Source of the DNA: Lytechinus pictus
Lineage: Eukaryota
Direction: 5' to 3'
NCBI RefSeq assembly: GCF_037042905.1
Contig: NC_087245.1
Coordinates: 1,426,001 to 1,490,000, forward strand
DNA length: 64,000 nucleotides
The notes under the pieces are model-generated. The model was given only the letters and a program-made list of their open reading frames with translations. It was not told where the DNA came from and ran no database searches. The stretch's first letter is position 1; each line of letters begins with the position of its first letter. The position numbers and the translations under genes were made by a program. This document shows positions 26,401 through 36,875 of this stretch, in pieces.

Positions 26401-26558
26401 TCGTAGCTATAATCACCCTTCTAGTCCTACCTGCTCATAAAAGGTTAACCACCAAGATGAATGACAACAACAAAGTTAATGGTGCCAAGGATTCATGCTC
26501 CTCCACACTTACGGGTCAAAGTGGGGGCGGAGTGGAAGAGGTCAAAAAGGATTTGTAG
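803..26558 (+). CDS. MBOAT2: Membrane-bound O-acyltransferase (MBOAT1/2-like lysophospholipid acyltransferase), complete 12-exon gene, 496 aa
   Basis: Exons 803-859, 11566-11711, 13000-13170, 14097-14152, 14569-14623, 15362-15539, 17578-17668, 18291-18392, 18708-18811, 20435-20632, 25412-25563, 26378-26558. All introns are GT-AG and phases join into a 1491-nt ORF. Motifs match MBOAT1/2: NFVMCQ, GPLMVLTEK, LCGP, KYFFGWVLADAIHNAAGMGF, DSWN, SIWHGFFPG, FYDVLTW. MBOAT1 versus MBOAT2 orthology cannot be resolved. Confidence 0.95.
1651..2605. mobile_element. Non-autonomous TIR DNA transposon containing a SINE
   Basis: Ends TAGGGTGTCTGAAG ... CTCCAGACACCCTA (13/14 inverted match). Confidence 0.6.
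1990..2249 (-). mobile_element. tRNA-derived SINE
   Basis: Minus strand has A box TGGCCCAGTGG, B box GGTTCGAATCC and core GCTGCACTCAACCCAGGTGAGGTAAATGGGTACC; related copies near 33600-33780 and 51400-51520. Confidence 0.85.
2623..7159. mobile_element. Non-autonomous piggyBac-type element, copy 1 (MBOAT intron 1)
   Basis: TTAA at 2619-2622 and 7160-7163; TIR CCCTTTGCGTG...CACGCAAAGGG; homologous to 57274-62377; no transposase ORF. Confidence 0.92.
7768..7926. mobile_element. Short MITE nested in the hAT element
   Basis: TIR GGGGAGCGTTTCAT...ATGAAACGCTCCCC; degenerate copy near 35736-35860. Confidence 0.8.
8330..9265 (+). repeat. Polypyrimidine (CTTT/CCTT)n low-complexity tract
   Basis: Near-continuous C/T run of about 0.9 kb. 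Confidence 0.9.
11566..11711 (+). CDS. MBOAT2: MBOAT exon 2 (ANFVMCQ...AVQAIGW)
   Basis: tccag| acceptor, |gtaag donor, homologous to VNFVVCQ...RH...FGW. Confidence 0.93.
11758..12466 (+). mobile_element. Helentron-associated (HINE/DINE-like) non-autonomous element
   Basis: Starts in a T run, subterminal IR GTCTCGCCT...AGGCGAGAC, ends CTTGTT; about 3 internal ~140-bp repeats with AAGGTCAAAGGTCA; fragment near 15746-15870. Confidence 0.75.
13000..13170 (+). CDS. MBOAT2: MBOAT exon 3 (EILHLLLVS...NFDIVG)
   Basis: ccag|, |gtaag, phase 2 to 2, transmembrane segments. Confidence 0.93.
14097..14152 (+). CDS. MBOAT2: MBOAT exon 4 (PLMVLTEKVGCLAWSVHDG)
   Basis: tcag|, |gtaag; matches GPMMIITQK..LA..IHDG. 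Confidence 0.95.
14569..14623 (+). CDS. MBOAT2: MBOAT exon 5 (ISRKDSDMNAMQKKMVVR)
   Basis: acag|, |gtaat; phase 1 to 2. Confidence 0.92.
14990..15310 (+). repeat. Purine-rich (GA) low-complexity tract
   Basis: G/A-only runs; similar tracts near 5180-5460 and 31500-31740. Confidence 0.8.
15362..15539 (+). CDS. MBOAT2: MBOAT exon 6 (SIPSILEYVSF...LCGP...EPSAA)
   Basis: atag|, |gtaag; PS.LEY and GP motifs. Confidence 0.95.
15950..16335 (-). mobile_element. Degenerate 3' fragment of an RTE-clade LINE
   Basis: Translation RIPNDMMYGEL...LRFNDTCKCDMK...IDTITWE..A...LW plus downstream CKNC...CH.R..L..H matches the RTE/BovB ORF C-terminus. Confidence 0.8.
17578..17668 (+). CDS. MBOAT2: MBOAT exon 7 (VAIMKKL...MANV)
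   Basis: ttccag|, |gtgag; phase 0 to 1. Confidence 0.92.
18291..18392 (+). CDS. MBOAT2: MBOAT exon 8 (EDHLANSS...KYFFGWVL)
   Basis: ttaag|, |gtaag; KY.F.W motif. Confidence 0.95.
18708..18811 (+). CDS. MBOAT2: MBOAT exon 9 (ADAIHNAAGMGFNGYD...WD...NFE)
   Basis: ctcag|, |gtgag; highly conserved MBOAT segment. Confidence 0.96.
19203..19922. mobile_element. Small piggyBac-like non-autonomous element
   Basis: TTAA|ACCTAAAAAGAC ... GTCTTATTAGGG|TTAA; subterminal GGGGCTGATTCAGCCC motifs. Confidence 0.65.
20435..20632 (+). CDS. MBOAT2: MBOAT exon 10, catalytic (DSWN...IWHGFFPG...VTFLSGHLMLMASKK); 3' boundary ambiguous because of the repeat array
   Basis: gtag| acceptor; the first donor AAG|GTAACA at 20633 gives family-typical length; 11 further intact in-frame donors follow. 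Confidence 0.93.
20588..25214 (+). repeat. Exon-derived 45-bp minisatellite, 103 units (GTAACATTTCTATCAGGTCATCTCATGTTAATGGCWTCTAAAAAG)
   Basis: Direct reading. Span 4627 bp = 103 x 45 - 8, consistent with eight 44-bp variant units. Unit 1 is the last 15 codons of MBOAT exon 10. Confidence 0.98.
25412..25563 (+). CDS. MBOAT2: MBOAT exon 11 (VRANVRPLF...FYDVLTW...KFF)
   Basis: ttcag|, |gtaag; phase 0 to 2. Confidence 0.95.
26378..26558 (+). CDS. MBOAT2: MBOAT exon 12, terminal (SIYWWLHI...EEVKKDL*)
   Basis: ttcag|, TAG stop; last TM helix and KKxx ER-retrieval signal. Confidence 0.94.
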
Positions 26559-28569
26559 AAAATAATGATTTTATGATACATGCATATATTTTTTGTTTTT
26601 ATATCATGTTCTTCTATATATGTAATTGTGCAGTGAGTGCAAAGTCAAGTCATCACTATTTTTTAAAGATAATAGTAAGGAAAATAAGCTTCCATGCTAC
26701 AAGGAGGGACAGAGAGAGAGAGAGAGAGGAAGAGAAAGAGGGGGAAATGAGGAAGACGGAAGGATAGATGGGAATATGAGCACCATGATTATGGATTCCC
26801 ATCAGATATTATTTCTTGTAAAGTAAAAAAAAAATGATGTGCAGTTTGGTAAATGCTTTGTGTTCTTCTGCAGTTAAACTGTAAGTATATGTTGTCCTTT
26901 ACAAAAGGACATACCAGACAGCTCGAAGATATGTGTGTATATTTTTAATTTGCAATTGAAATTACACTTGAATTTGTTGCTGTGCATCAGCACTGTTTAT
27001 ATTTACTAAATTTTATGTTTAAAGTTTTGTTTTAAAGAGCTTAATGATTTTTCAAAATTAATTGTGTGTGGAATTATAATACAGACAGCTAATGCATTAT
27101 ACATAGTATACAATATTTCTGTCTTTTAAAGAATAAAAGAAAGTCTGTAGATATGTCCATGGGAAGTAGGTTTGCCCCCCCCCCCCCATGTGTGTACCGG
27201 GGGGGGGGGGGGGGGGGGGCTAAGTACTGGCTAAGGCTCGCTTATTCTAGGGATCCCAGCTGTCTTGACTTTCAAGTCAAGTATCGGGTCACCTACGCAT
27301 TGATTGCATGATGGGAAGGTGCAGTGCATATTAGTTAAATTGTAGCAGCATGTGGAATCGTTAAGTACATGCTTTTGGTTGAATTGACATCCAAAAGGCC
27401 CTCTCACATCAACTACCTACATGTATTAAGATGATGGAAAGACAATTTATTTTGAATGGTTAAATGGTCAAGAATATCATATTCTTGACCCTTTTACCAT
27501 CTTACCACTTTAATAGGTTGTCAATGTGTAATTACATTCTTGGTTTGAATGTTAAGTTTTTTTTTTGTCTGGCATGTACATATTTGAATATGTATTACCA
27601 CAAAGTGCACTTTTTATGTTTTCACCATTGAAAGCTTCGTTGTTACTACCTCAACATACACAAAGATATTGGAAGTGGGTGTATCCATTTATTAAGTTTA
27701 TTTTTTTTGTATGATGGGTTGTCATAATATAACTGTCCCCATTGTTGCTAATAATACTTGCTACAACTATAAACTAGTTACCATGTGATGTAGAAAGTAA
27801 GTAATAAAGGCTTGTGATAAAGGTCAAAATGCAAAGGCTGTATTGTTAAAGCTTGTGATTTATACAATTTGAGATGCAAGCTCAATAAAATATAAGTACA
27901 ACTGAACATTATTTTTCTATTTCTATAAACCAGATAAGCAGGTACTTGAGCTTTGATCAGATGTCATCAGTTAAACTCTTTAATCAATTTCAAACCCCTC
28001 TGCATAAATGATTTTTATTCATTTCTGCTCAACTATTTGTGTACAATGATGATTTTTCTTTTTTTGTGATGAATTTTATTTGTAGTCATTTGTTTTTTTA
28101 ATCTATATATTTTTTTTATAAATGATGGTTCATATTGAACTTGCCACCTCTCATTTGATTCATTGAATTGTAAGATTATTTTTCATACAAGTACTATCTA
28201 TACATTTTTTAAATATTTTTTTTAAAGAAAAAAGTGTATAATCAACATCTGATCGTAACATGCATTATTGTTGGATGTATATCTTGTGCATCTCATTTGT
28301 AAAATCAAGTCCAACTAACAGAACACAGCTTTTACACACAATACTGTAGATTGTTTTAAGTTTTGAGTGCTGTGTAGTGTGTACAGATTAAAATAATTTG
28401 ATGTATTTTGATAAGTTTTGTCTTTATCATTATGCTATTTTTTTCTAAGAAATAACAAAGGTGTCTGAAATTGTTTTAAAAAAGGTAAACATATATTTTA
28501 TTTAATAGGCGTTGTTAGTACTCTGGCTTAAGAATTGCTGCCCTCTACGTTCGTTGGCTTATACGTATA

Positions 28570-29040
28570 GGGCACACGAGTGTAATTCATCTGCGCGCAA
28601 AGCATGCCGGACAGGCGTAAGTTAAGATCACATGACTTTATTGATTAAAATAATTCTTTAAAAATAGATCAAATGTTTGTATATCAAAAGAAAAACGATA
28701 GAGATAATGCTATGTTCATACTCTTTCATAATTAAGGAGTTTCGGGAGGCTAGACTGCATTTTTGTATTTCATTTTAATTATTATTACCCACAATGCAGT
28801 TCTGGTTTTTTCTGGCAATGAACTGGCCGAAATTATGTTTAGTCTTATTTCAGGCCATTTAACTTTTGATTGAGCTGGGCAAGTACCTGATTAACATATC
28901 AAGTCTTAATGTACTGTTAATTGTGACTAATGTCAGTGAATTAAAGCAAAATCTATCGAGGGATTGATTTTTAATGATTTTTTGATGAGCTATGATATAA
29001 CACGTGAGTGAATGGGGGTCTGTAATACTCATGTGTGCCC
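28570..29040. mobile_element. MITE copy A (GGGCACAC...GTGTGCCC, TATA flanks)
   Basis: TIRs with TATA on both sides; near-identical to 30044-30517. Confidence 0.9.
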
Positions 29041-30043
29041 TATATCGCGACTACACTTCTACACAGTCGTTGCTATGGCTGGGCGTCGTCTGCTAGAAAT
29101 CGGTGGTGAGAAAGCATCAAGAAGTTTTATGCAAAGTGATAGGTTATGTTTAACAACAGGTGATAAGTATGTAACTCGGCATTTAGTGCATTTATCGCTT
29201 ATACGATGCTGAAATGACGCTTTCAAATGTATATTCAATGCTTTTTATCATTTATTATGCAGAAATGCGAGTTTCTACTGCCAATAGGAGATCTGGTTGG
29301 TTTGAGAGTGTGAAATGAAATAAGTAGGAATTTCAAAATGATAAATAACTTCTAATTATCATCAGGATTCCTATTTTCAATATTTAGAGCGCGCAGAGAA
29401 AGAAAGATGAACAAAACATTAAAATACATAAACTTGTCTCAGTCAGATGTTATACATCATAGATTGCGCAATTGAATACTATTCACTTCGTTGAAAGCTA
29501 CAGGCGGGGGGGGGGGGTTGGGGGTGGAACTGAGTCGGGGTACATACCCCATCCTCCTGGCTTGTAAGCAGGGCGGGGTTGATCCCTATAGCACCCCCCC
29601 CCCATTCTTCCTCCAAATTAACGGTTATAATGAGGAAGAGAGGCGAAATGAGCAAAAGAAATGCTTACATTCTTTGTTTGTTATCAATTTTCTTTTATTT
29701 ACTTTGTTTATTTTTATGCGAATACAAAGGTAATAAATCGCCTCGAACAAAATTAAACATGTAAACAAGAAGTTGTAAATCCACACAATACATATTTAGC
29801 CCATTGATGGACATCGGGCAAGTAGAACTTGTAGCTGTAATACCATAGGAAGCTCACAAAATATATGAATGGAACACTGCATTTTTACATTAAAATGAGG
29901 GGTGTCTAATGAGACGTTTTCTTTTTTTTTAATACGTTTAGTCAGATTAGGTATTGAATGCAAGGTATCAATCTCTTCAGGAGAACCCACTCTTTCTTTT
30001 GAGACCAAATTTTTTTACTTTTTGTCATTTGACCCTCAGTATA

Positions 30044-30517
30044 GGGCACACAAGTGTAATTCATCTGCGCGCAAAGCATGCCGGACAGGCGTAAGTTAAC
30101 TAAGATCACATGACTTTATTGATTAAAATAATTCTTCAAAAATAGATCAAATGTTTGTATATCAAAAGAAAAACGATAGAGATAATGCTATGTTCATACT
30201 CTTTCATAATTAAGGAGTTTTGGGAGGCTAGACTGCATTTTTGTATTTCATTTTAATTATTATTACCCACAATGCAGTTCTGGTTTTTTCTGGCAATGAA
30301 CTGGCCGAAATTATGTTAGTCTTATTTCAGGCCATTTAACTTTTGATTGAGCTGGGCAAGTACCTGATTAACATATCAAGTCTTAATGTACTGTTAATTG
30401 TGACTAATGTCTGTGAATTAAAGCAAAATCTATCGAGGGATTGATTTTTAATGATTTTTTGATGAGCTATGATATAACACGTGAGTGAATGGGGGTCTGT
30501 AATACTCATGTGTGCCC
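30044..30517. mobile_element. MITE copy B, same family and orientation
   Basis: Only a handful of differences from copy A; TATA flanks. Confidence 0.9.
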
Positions 30518-30556
30518 TATATTGCACTTTCAGTTTTACTGAGCGCGATGAATTAA

Positions 30557-30952
30557 AGCTAAATGATAGTAGTTGCAGTAAAACACTAATTTCGTGAAAA
30601 AGTTTGTAAAACCAAGGTTAAGTAAGACTATATCATCGTGGATCTAGATCTGGTACAGTTAAATAAACTGAACTTTGTGAAATCATAAAATCTATAGCTG
30701 AAATACGATCTCACTTAAAATCGCCAACACAGATAGACACACGTAGGACAGTGTATTATTATTGCTGGAATAAAGACCCGACGGAAGTAACCGAATCCGC
30801 GCTTATTTTGCTTATTTCTCAGCAATTACACAATTTCTTCCAGAATCCTTTGGCACATATTTTTTATTCATACAAACAGACACTTGGGTGGTCATTATAT
30901 TAGATTCTGTAAAAAGTCATTTTGAGATCGTTACCAGAACTGGAAGTTATCT
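30557..30952. mobile_element. TTAA-flanked Kolobok-like MITE
   Basis: TTAA|AG...CT|TTAA with imperfect TIR; partial reverse copy near 19070-19200. Confidence 0.6.
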
Positions 30953-32169
30953 TTAAAATCGTATTGTGACGTCACCTCCTAAAGCCGTGCAACGGTACAT
31001 TTTGGATGGTATGTCTTGTGTGCAACGGTACAAATGTTTTACATTCTGCACAGCCTCCCATTTGCTCGTGTTCAACAAGCTAAGTAGGCGTTGTACAATA
31101 AATTATGGCCAGTCAGTATATGTCCACGTATAGCACTGTGGGAGCCTGAATAGGTTGATATTAAAAAAAAATGAGGCTACCATGTGTTCCTCTCCTATTA
31201 TCACAAAGTGTGTGTACCCTAATGAACATTGCTTGTTGAGTAATAGTATCTAGATCTTTGTACTTGGAGGGCATGATGCATGCACGTCATTGATGAACTT
31301 TGTGTTCACATATTTGCAATGGAATTTTAATAATACCAAGTGACTTAAATATTTCTGTTGCTGCTTCTTCTGGTGTGTAACTCGGTAGTGTTAACTGAAA
31401 TACGGAAGTAAAATAGTAAATGAATACACCATTTTACTGAACATAAATTTAGAGATGCATGTATATCTATCATGAAGTTGGGTGTAAATAGAATGAGGGC
31501 AAGACTGAATGAGTGAAGAATGGAGAAGAGGAGATGAAAAGGAGCGGGGAAGAGGAGAGTGAAGGAGGAATAAGCAGGGAGAGGAGAGAAATGAAGGAGG
31601 AAGAAAAGGAGGAGTACGTAGAGGGGAGGAGAGCAATGGAGGAAGAAGTGAAAAGAAGGAGAGGAGGGGGAAGAGAAAAGTAGTAGCCGGGAAGGAGAAG
31701 GCTATGAATCAAGGAGAAAGATGAAAGGAAAAAAAAGAGGGATAAGATCACCATCGATCATCACTGAGTGATTTCAAGTACAGTGTTGTTTTTTGGAGCA
31801 AGAAGAGGGTTGCTGGACTATCACATTCATTGCTCAACGAACAGTGTTAATACAGAAAACTTGCTTCTTTGAGACTGAAATCAATGAGAAACTAAATAGA
31901 TAAATTACCACATAAAACATGAAGCTCATGTGATTTAAATTTATGAGGTTCTTCATGTGTTTAACTGCTTCTTGAACTTGGTCTCATCCTAGTTTGTCTT
32001 CCACCATGCAGTTCATCTACTAAGTTACCATTTGTTCTTTGTCTTATTTCCATTTAGTCTATACCCATTTAATCTAAAACTTGGTCTAGGACCACTATAG
32101 GGTTAGATGAACTGATTACGAACCAAATTTTATGTGACAAAGTAATAAGTAGACAAACTGAGAATTATA

Positions 32170-32757
32170 ATGGACAAGTCTACCCAAACAAAAAGTTGAT
32201 TTGAATAAAAACAGAAAAATGAAACAAGCACAACAATGAAAATTTCATCAATATCGGATGTAAAATAAGAAAGTTATGACATTTTTAAGTTTTGCTTAAT
32301 TTCACAAAATAGTTATATGCACATCCCAGTCAGTATGCAAATGACGGAACTGATGACATCACTCACTTTTTTTGAAATTCATTATATGAAATATTCAAAT
32401 TTTCTCCTCATTGTCTTGTGAAACAAAGTTTTATTTCGCCCTGAACATGTGGAATTACCACTCTTTAACATTATATGGTTCAGTCAAGTTGGTCCTCACT
32501 GTCAAATCTGAAGTGTAAAAATTGAAATATTGTATAATTCAAACAATAAAAAACAAAAGAAATAATGAGTGAGGGACATCACTGATTCTCTCATTTGCAT
32601 GTGACTAAATTGTGCAAATCACTATTTTGTGAAAAATAAGCAAAACTTTTTAATTTTCATAACTTTTTTATTTTACATCCAATTTTGATGAAATTTCAGC
32701 ATTATGCTTGTCTGATTTCTTTTTCTATTGACTCAAATCAATATTTTTCTGATGTGG
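32170..32757. mobile_element. Kolobok-like palindromic MITE, diverged copy
   Basis: GGACAAGTC..CC.AAACAAAAAGTTGATTTGAATAAAA... same family as 46190-46797. Confidence 0.8.
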
Positions 32758-35700
32758 AAATGAGAATCAGAAAGGTTCTGATAGACCAAGTATAATGTAG
32801 ACCAAATGGCAGTTAGACCAAATGGATTTAGCCCATGTGTTTGTAATGTGTAGATCATTTCAAATCAGCAAATAGTTAATATAATAAAATTAGAAAAGAG
32901 AAAACTGAGAAATAAGAATGATATCTTTTTAATGACTTATTTGGATATGACAAATAAGTGTGCAAGACATGGGGTATGCCAGGCACATCATTTATGTTTG
33001 AACAAATTATTAAATTCGTAACAAATATTGGGTATATACTAGATATTAAAAAAAATTATTGGCTATAAAAATACATTGTAGGTATAAAAAATATTTTACC
33101 ATTTATTAATTTTGGCAAGATCAATTAGTCAAGATAATTGCTTTTGTTCAATATAGAAAAATAGTCATCTTACAATAACAAAAAATTTAGGAAAAATAGT
33201 CACTATACGTTTACAAATAAAGCACCATTGGTACAGAGTACACACAGTGAACCTATTAATCTTCTATTTTGTTTTCAAATCAAATCAGTCATTACCATAC
33301 TTTATAATTATAAACAATTATTTGTTTTAATAATTTCATATTATGTTACAGCTAACAGTTAATCTGTTACTATAAATGCTAGTGAAATCAATGTATAGAT
33401 GAGATGGCCTACGAGAAGTTGAACAAGAGCTTTGTCCTCAGGCAACAGAATCAGATTAACATGACTTTGAAAAACCTACTATGGAAAGACTTTAAAATAT
33501 CAACTAATTACAATATACTTTCTTTTTTTACATCAGAGAAAAACCCCATCCAAAACCTAAACATACATAAACAATAATGATAATTATACTTGCTTATATA
33601 ATGATTAACACTTACTTTATCAGGAGTCTCTAAGCGCTCTACAGTAATGCAATGCAGTATAATTACCCTGGCTTTAGCAGAGTAGCTGTTACGTGCACTG
33701 CGTTTCAAGGAATAAATTCCTACCAGGTACCAATTCACCTCACCTGGGTTGAGTGCAGCACAATGTGGGTACATTTCTTGGGGGTTTGGAGAGAACATAC
33801 AGTAGAAAAATTAGAATACACAAATGTAAAAATAAATTGTTTTCAATTTTAAAAGCACAAACATTTTACAGTTGATATAAAAATACCTATTCTTGCATCT
33901 CTCCTCATCCAAAAAAAAATTTCTTCAATAACATGGGTTAACACATTTGAACATATTATCATTAAGACTTAAGTTCCCTACCAAAATGACATGTTCATAT
34001 ACACACAATCTATACAATAAAATAAAAATGTCAGTACAAACTTTGTTTATAAGTACTTTTAGAATTCTTCCACATATAGAGTAACATTGAGTTCTGGACT
34101 ACTCAAAATGGATTTTGAAGAATTTTCATTTTGATTCTATTGAGAGTGTGTGGTGATATAAATGATGGATGATAAAAACAACAGCAATTAAAGTCACATT
34201 TGAAACCGAATTTGCCCCCAATGTTCACTTTATTACCATTTAAAATGGGTCTGTGACATTGAAAATACCCAATTTCCCACTTTGATGTGTGCTCACTCAT
34301 CCATAAATAAACAAATCGATTTCATTTTTGCACAGAATTCTGCCCATAGGTTGATTAACATTACTGCCAAATTACATTGCTATAAAGACAGCCTTGAAAA
34401 AAAGTTCCACCACAGTGAATAAGGGGTTACTTATTCTTAAACATATGCACCCATAATGTACACAAATCTAAGAGAGAGGAAGTCAACATTTTAACAAATA
34501 TGAAATGAGGGTTTGTTTCATGGACGGTTTTTGTTACTTCTGCCAACAGTTATTTCATGAAACTTCGCACATGGCTTCAGTGTAACACTATCCAAAATGT
34601 GCGCACACTAAAATAACCATTTGATACGGCACAGAGTGGGGCCAGGGCCTTGAACTTTCTTCTCATTTGCATAATTTTCGAATATTGTGTGCTCACTGAT
34701 GCATTAAACATCGGGATTTTCATAAAATTAAATCAAATGAACCATGCAAGGAGGTTTGTGATAGATATCCATAGTTACAAATTGCATTTTTTCCAATAAC
34801 GTAAAAAAGAGCTAATCACATTCCACATGTTCATTCAAGCGTGAATGTTTAATTAAACGCGTTTGAATCATTGAAGCATGTTAATTGGTCATGAACATAA
34901 CGAAAAAGTTGAGAAAAGATCATTTTCAGTTACCAAAATGAAACAATACTTGCCTATGATATTTGAAAATTGTATCTTTTGTTTTCAATAAATGTTCATT
35001 GAACCGTGAAACAATGAATATTGTTGAAGATACTCTTCCCAAAAATAATTGTCATCATATTCTATCATTTTTATTGATAGAAATGTGTAAAAAATCCAAT
35101 TATAGCAAATTTGCACTTGTGTTCATTCAACCGTTAAATTTAGCTAGAAAAGTTATATCGTCTTTTAAAAAGTACCTTTTACAAGCCTTCTGACTATTTT
35201 TCATGATGAGAATGTGGAATTAGTTCCAATAAAAATGGAATCAAAGTCATGATATTTGGCTTGTGACTTTTGAAAAGTGACATTTTTGCCTTCTGACGGA
35301 GCTCACTGAAGCATGACGTAAAATACGTCCATAACATTTACTCAGAGGGTAGCCTATAAAATTACCTACACGCTCATGTAAAAATATATCAAAAACTCGC
35401 ATTGGTTCGGAAATTATTGATGTTTGTTTAAGGGGGACTTACTTTTTTTGTTGTGTATACATGTAACTTCAAAATGAATACAAAGGATCTACAGTAAGTC
35501 AATTTTAAATTTCATTATAAATATTTTTTAAGGGAAGGGGCATATTTCATTATTTTTTTTATCCTAGATGTCAATTCCATGTATTAGAATTTTGTATTTA
35601 ATGACATATTTTATCTCTTCATAACTCAAAATGACAGATTCTTGATTGGCTAGATAATAAGATTATTGAATAGTCACATTATTAGGTTGACAATATCCAA

Positions 35701-36207
35701 TGTTGATTGTCTCAGGCCTTACATTTTTCATACATGGGGAGAGTTTCGACATTTTTGTCTGACAAATTGTCAGATCTGACAACTTCCCTTGATTTTGATT
35801 GGCTGAGAAACACTGTTCCTATGGTAACTGTCAGATCAAATGGGACATCCGACAAGTCCTGAAATGTTTACCGGTTACTTTTCTATACTGCAGTACAAAC
35901 GGTAGAAATCAAGCAAAGTTAAAAAAAAGGCCAACCAGTGTACAATGAGATCCAAATACATGACCTTGGTAGCCTTGGATTAATTTGAGCCCTGTTATCT
36001 TGCAAGATAGATCTTGTGAAGAACAGTCATATAACAAATTTATTTATGAAAGCTGCCATAAAAAAAGATAAAGTTAAATTGCACACATGGACAAGTTTTG
36101 GTCTAATTACAGGCTTTTTCCATAGGGATAATTAAAAGACATCACATGTCGGTCATCTTTTGATTTTGACCTCATTTCTAAATATATTACTTGACCTTTG
36201 ACCTTAC

Positions 36208-36310
36208 CTGGTTTGTAATAGTCATAGACTTTGATAACTGCATCCTTAGTATCCTTGACAAACATATCTTGCTTCAGTTTAATGGGTATGCAGCGTAGAA
36301 CATTATCAAA
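36208..36310 (-). pseudogene. Orphan exon encoding part of an alpha-2-macroglobulin receptor-binding (MG8) domain: FDNVLRCIPIKLKQDMFVKDTKDAVIKVYDYYKP
   Basis: Minus-strand acceptor ctcttttcag|, donor |gtaagg, open frame, hallmark A.IKVYDYY.P motif. No upstream exons found in the window, so it could be a gene fragment or part of a gene extending beyond the window. Confidence 0.75.
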
Positions 36311-36579
36311 CTGAAAAGAGACAATGTAGTGACCATGTAGGAGAAAAATAAAACAGGAGAAAAGATGTCAAAAGGAGGAGACAATGACGAGAAAATTATT
36401 AGAAGAATAAATTATTATTCATTATTATCAATAATACAGGTCAGGGGTAATTCCATTGGAAAGTTGATGAAACAAGTCCCAAAAAATAAACAATAATACA
36501 GGTTTCTCTGTTACTATATGTGAGTACATGTGACTTTTGGTGGTGAAATTGGTGGTGATTTTTTACTGATTGCTAAGAA

Positions 36580-36763
36580 AGCATTAATGCTTGTAAGCAA
36601 GCAACCAGAGGACCGACGGCTTAAGGTCCTCTCCGAAGGACCTGGTACTGAGGATTAATGCCTATACCAAAGGGCACTAGCGCACCAGCCACCAAGTGGG
36701 AATCGAACCCGGGTCACCGAAATACGAATCCCCCGCTCTACCGACTGAGCAATCGCGTCTCCC
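36580..36763 (-). mobile_element. tRNA-derived SINE, second family
   Basis: Minus-strand A box TTGCTCAGTCGG, B box GGTTCGATTCCC, downstream GGACCTTAAGCCGTCGGTCC. Confidence 0.8.
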
Positions 36764-36875
36764 GCGATAGCTCATTCTGCATTTTGTTCTTGGAAAACTC
36801 AAAAGTGACCTTTCAATTCCTCTATAAAAGATTTCTTACAAAATGTTTCAGAACGAGCCATAAAATATCTCAAAA

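Noticed and set aside
26544..26558. C-terminal KKDL as a KDEL-type novelty
   Set aside because: It fits the ordinary KKxx di-lysine ER-retrieval signal common in ER membrane acyltransferases.
27175..27220. C-run/G-run hairpin or G-quadruplex in the MBOAT 3' region
   Set aside because: Poly-G and poly-C runs occur throughout the window, so there is nothing specific here.
28570..30517. LTR retrotransposon with two LTRs
   Set aside because: No TG...CA ends, primer-binding site, polypurine tract or gag/pol; each repeat has its own TIRs and TATA flanks.
34064..34136. Possible further minus-strand exon (NQNENSSKSILSSPELNVTLYVEEF*)
   Set aside because: No recognisable homology and a phase mismatch with the orphan A2M exon.
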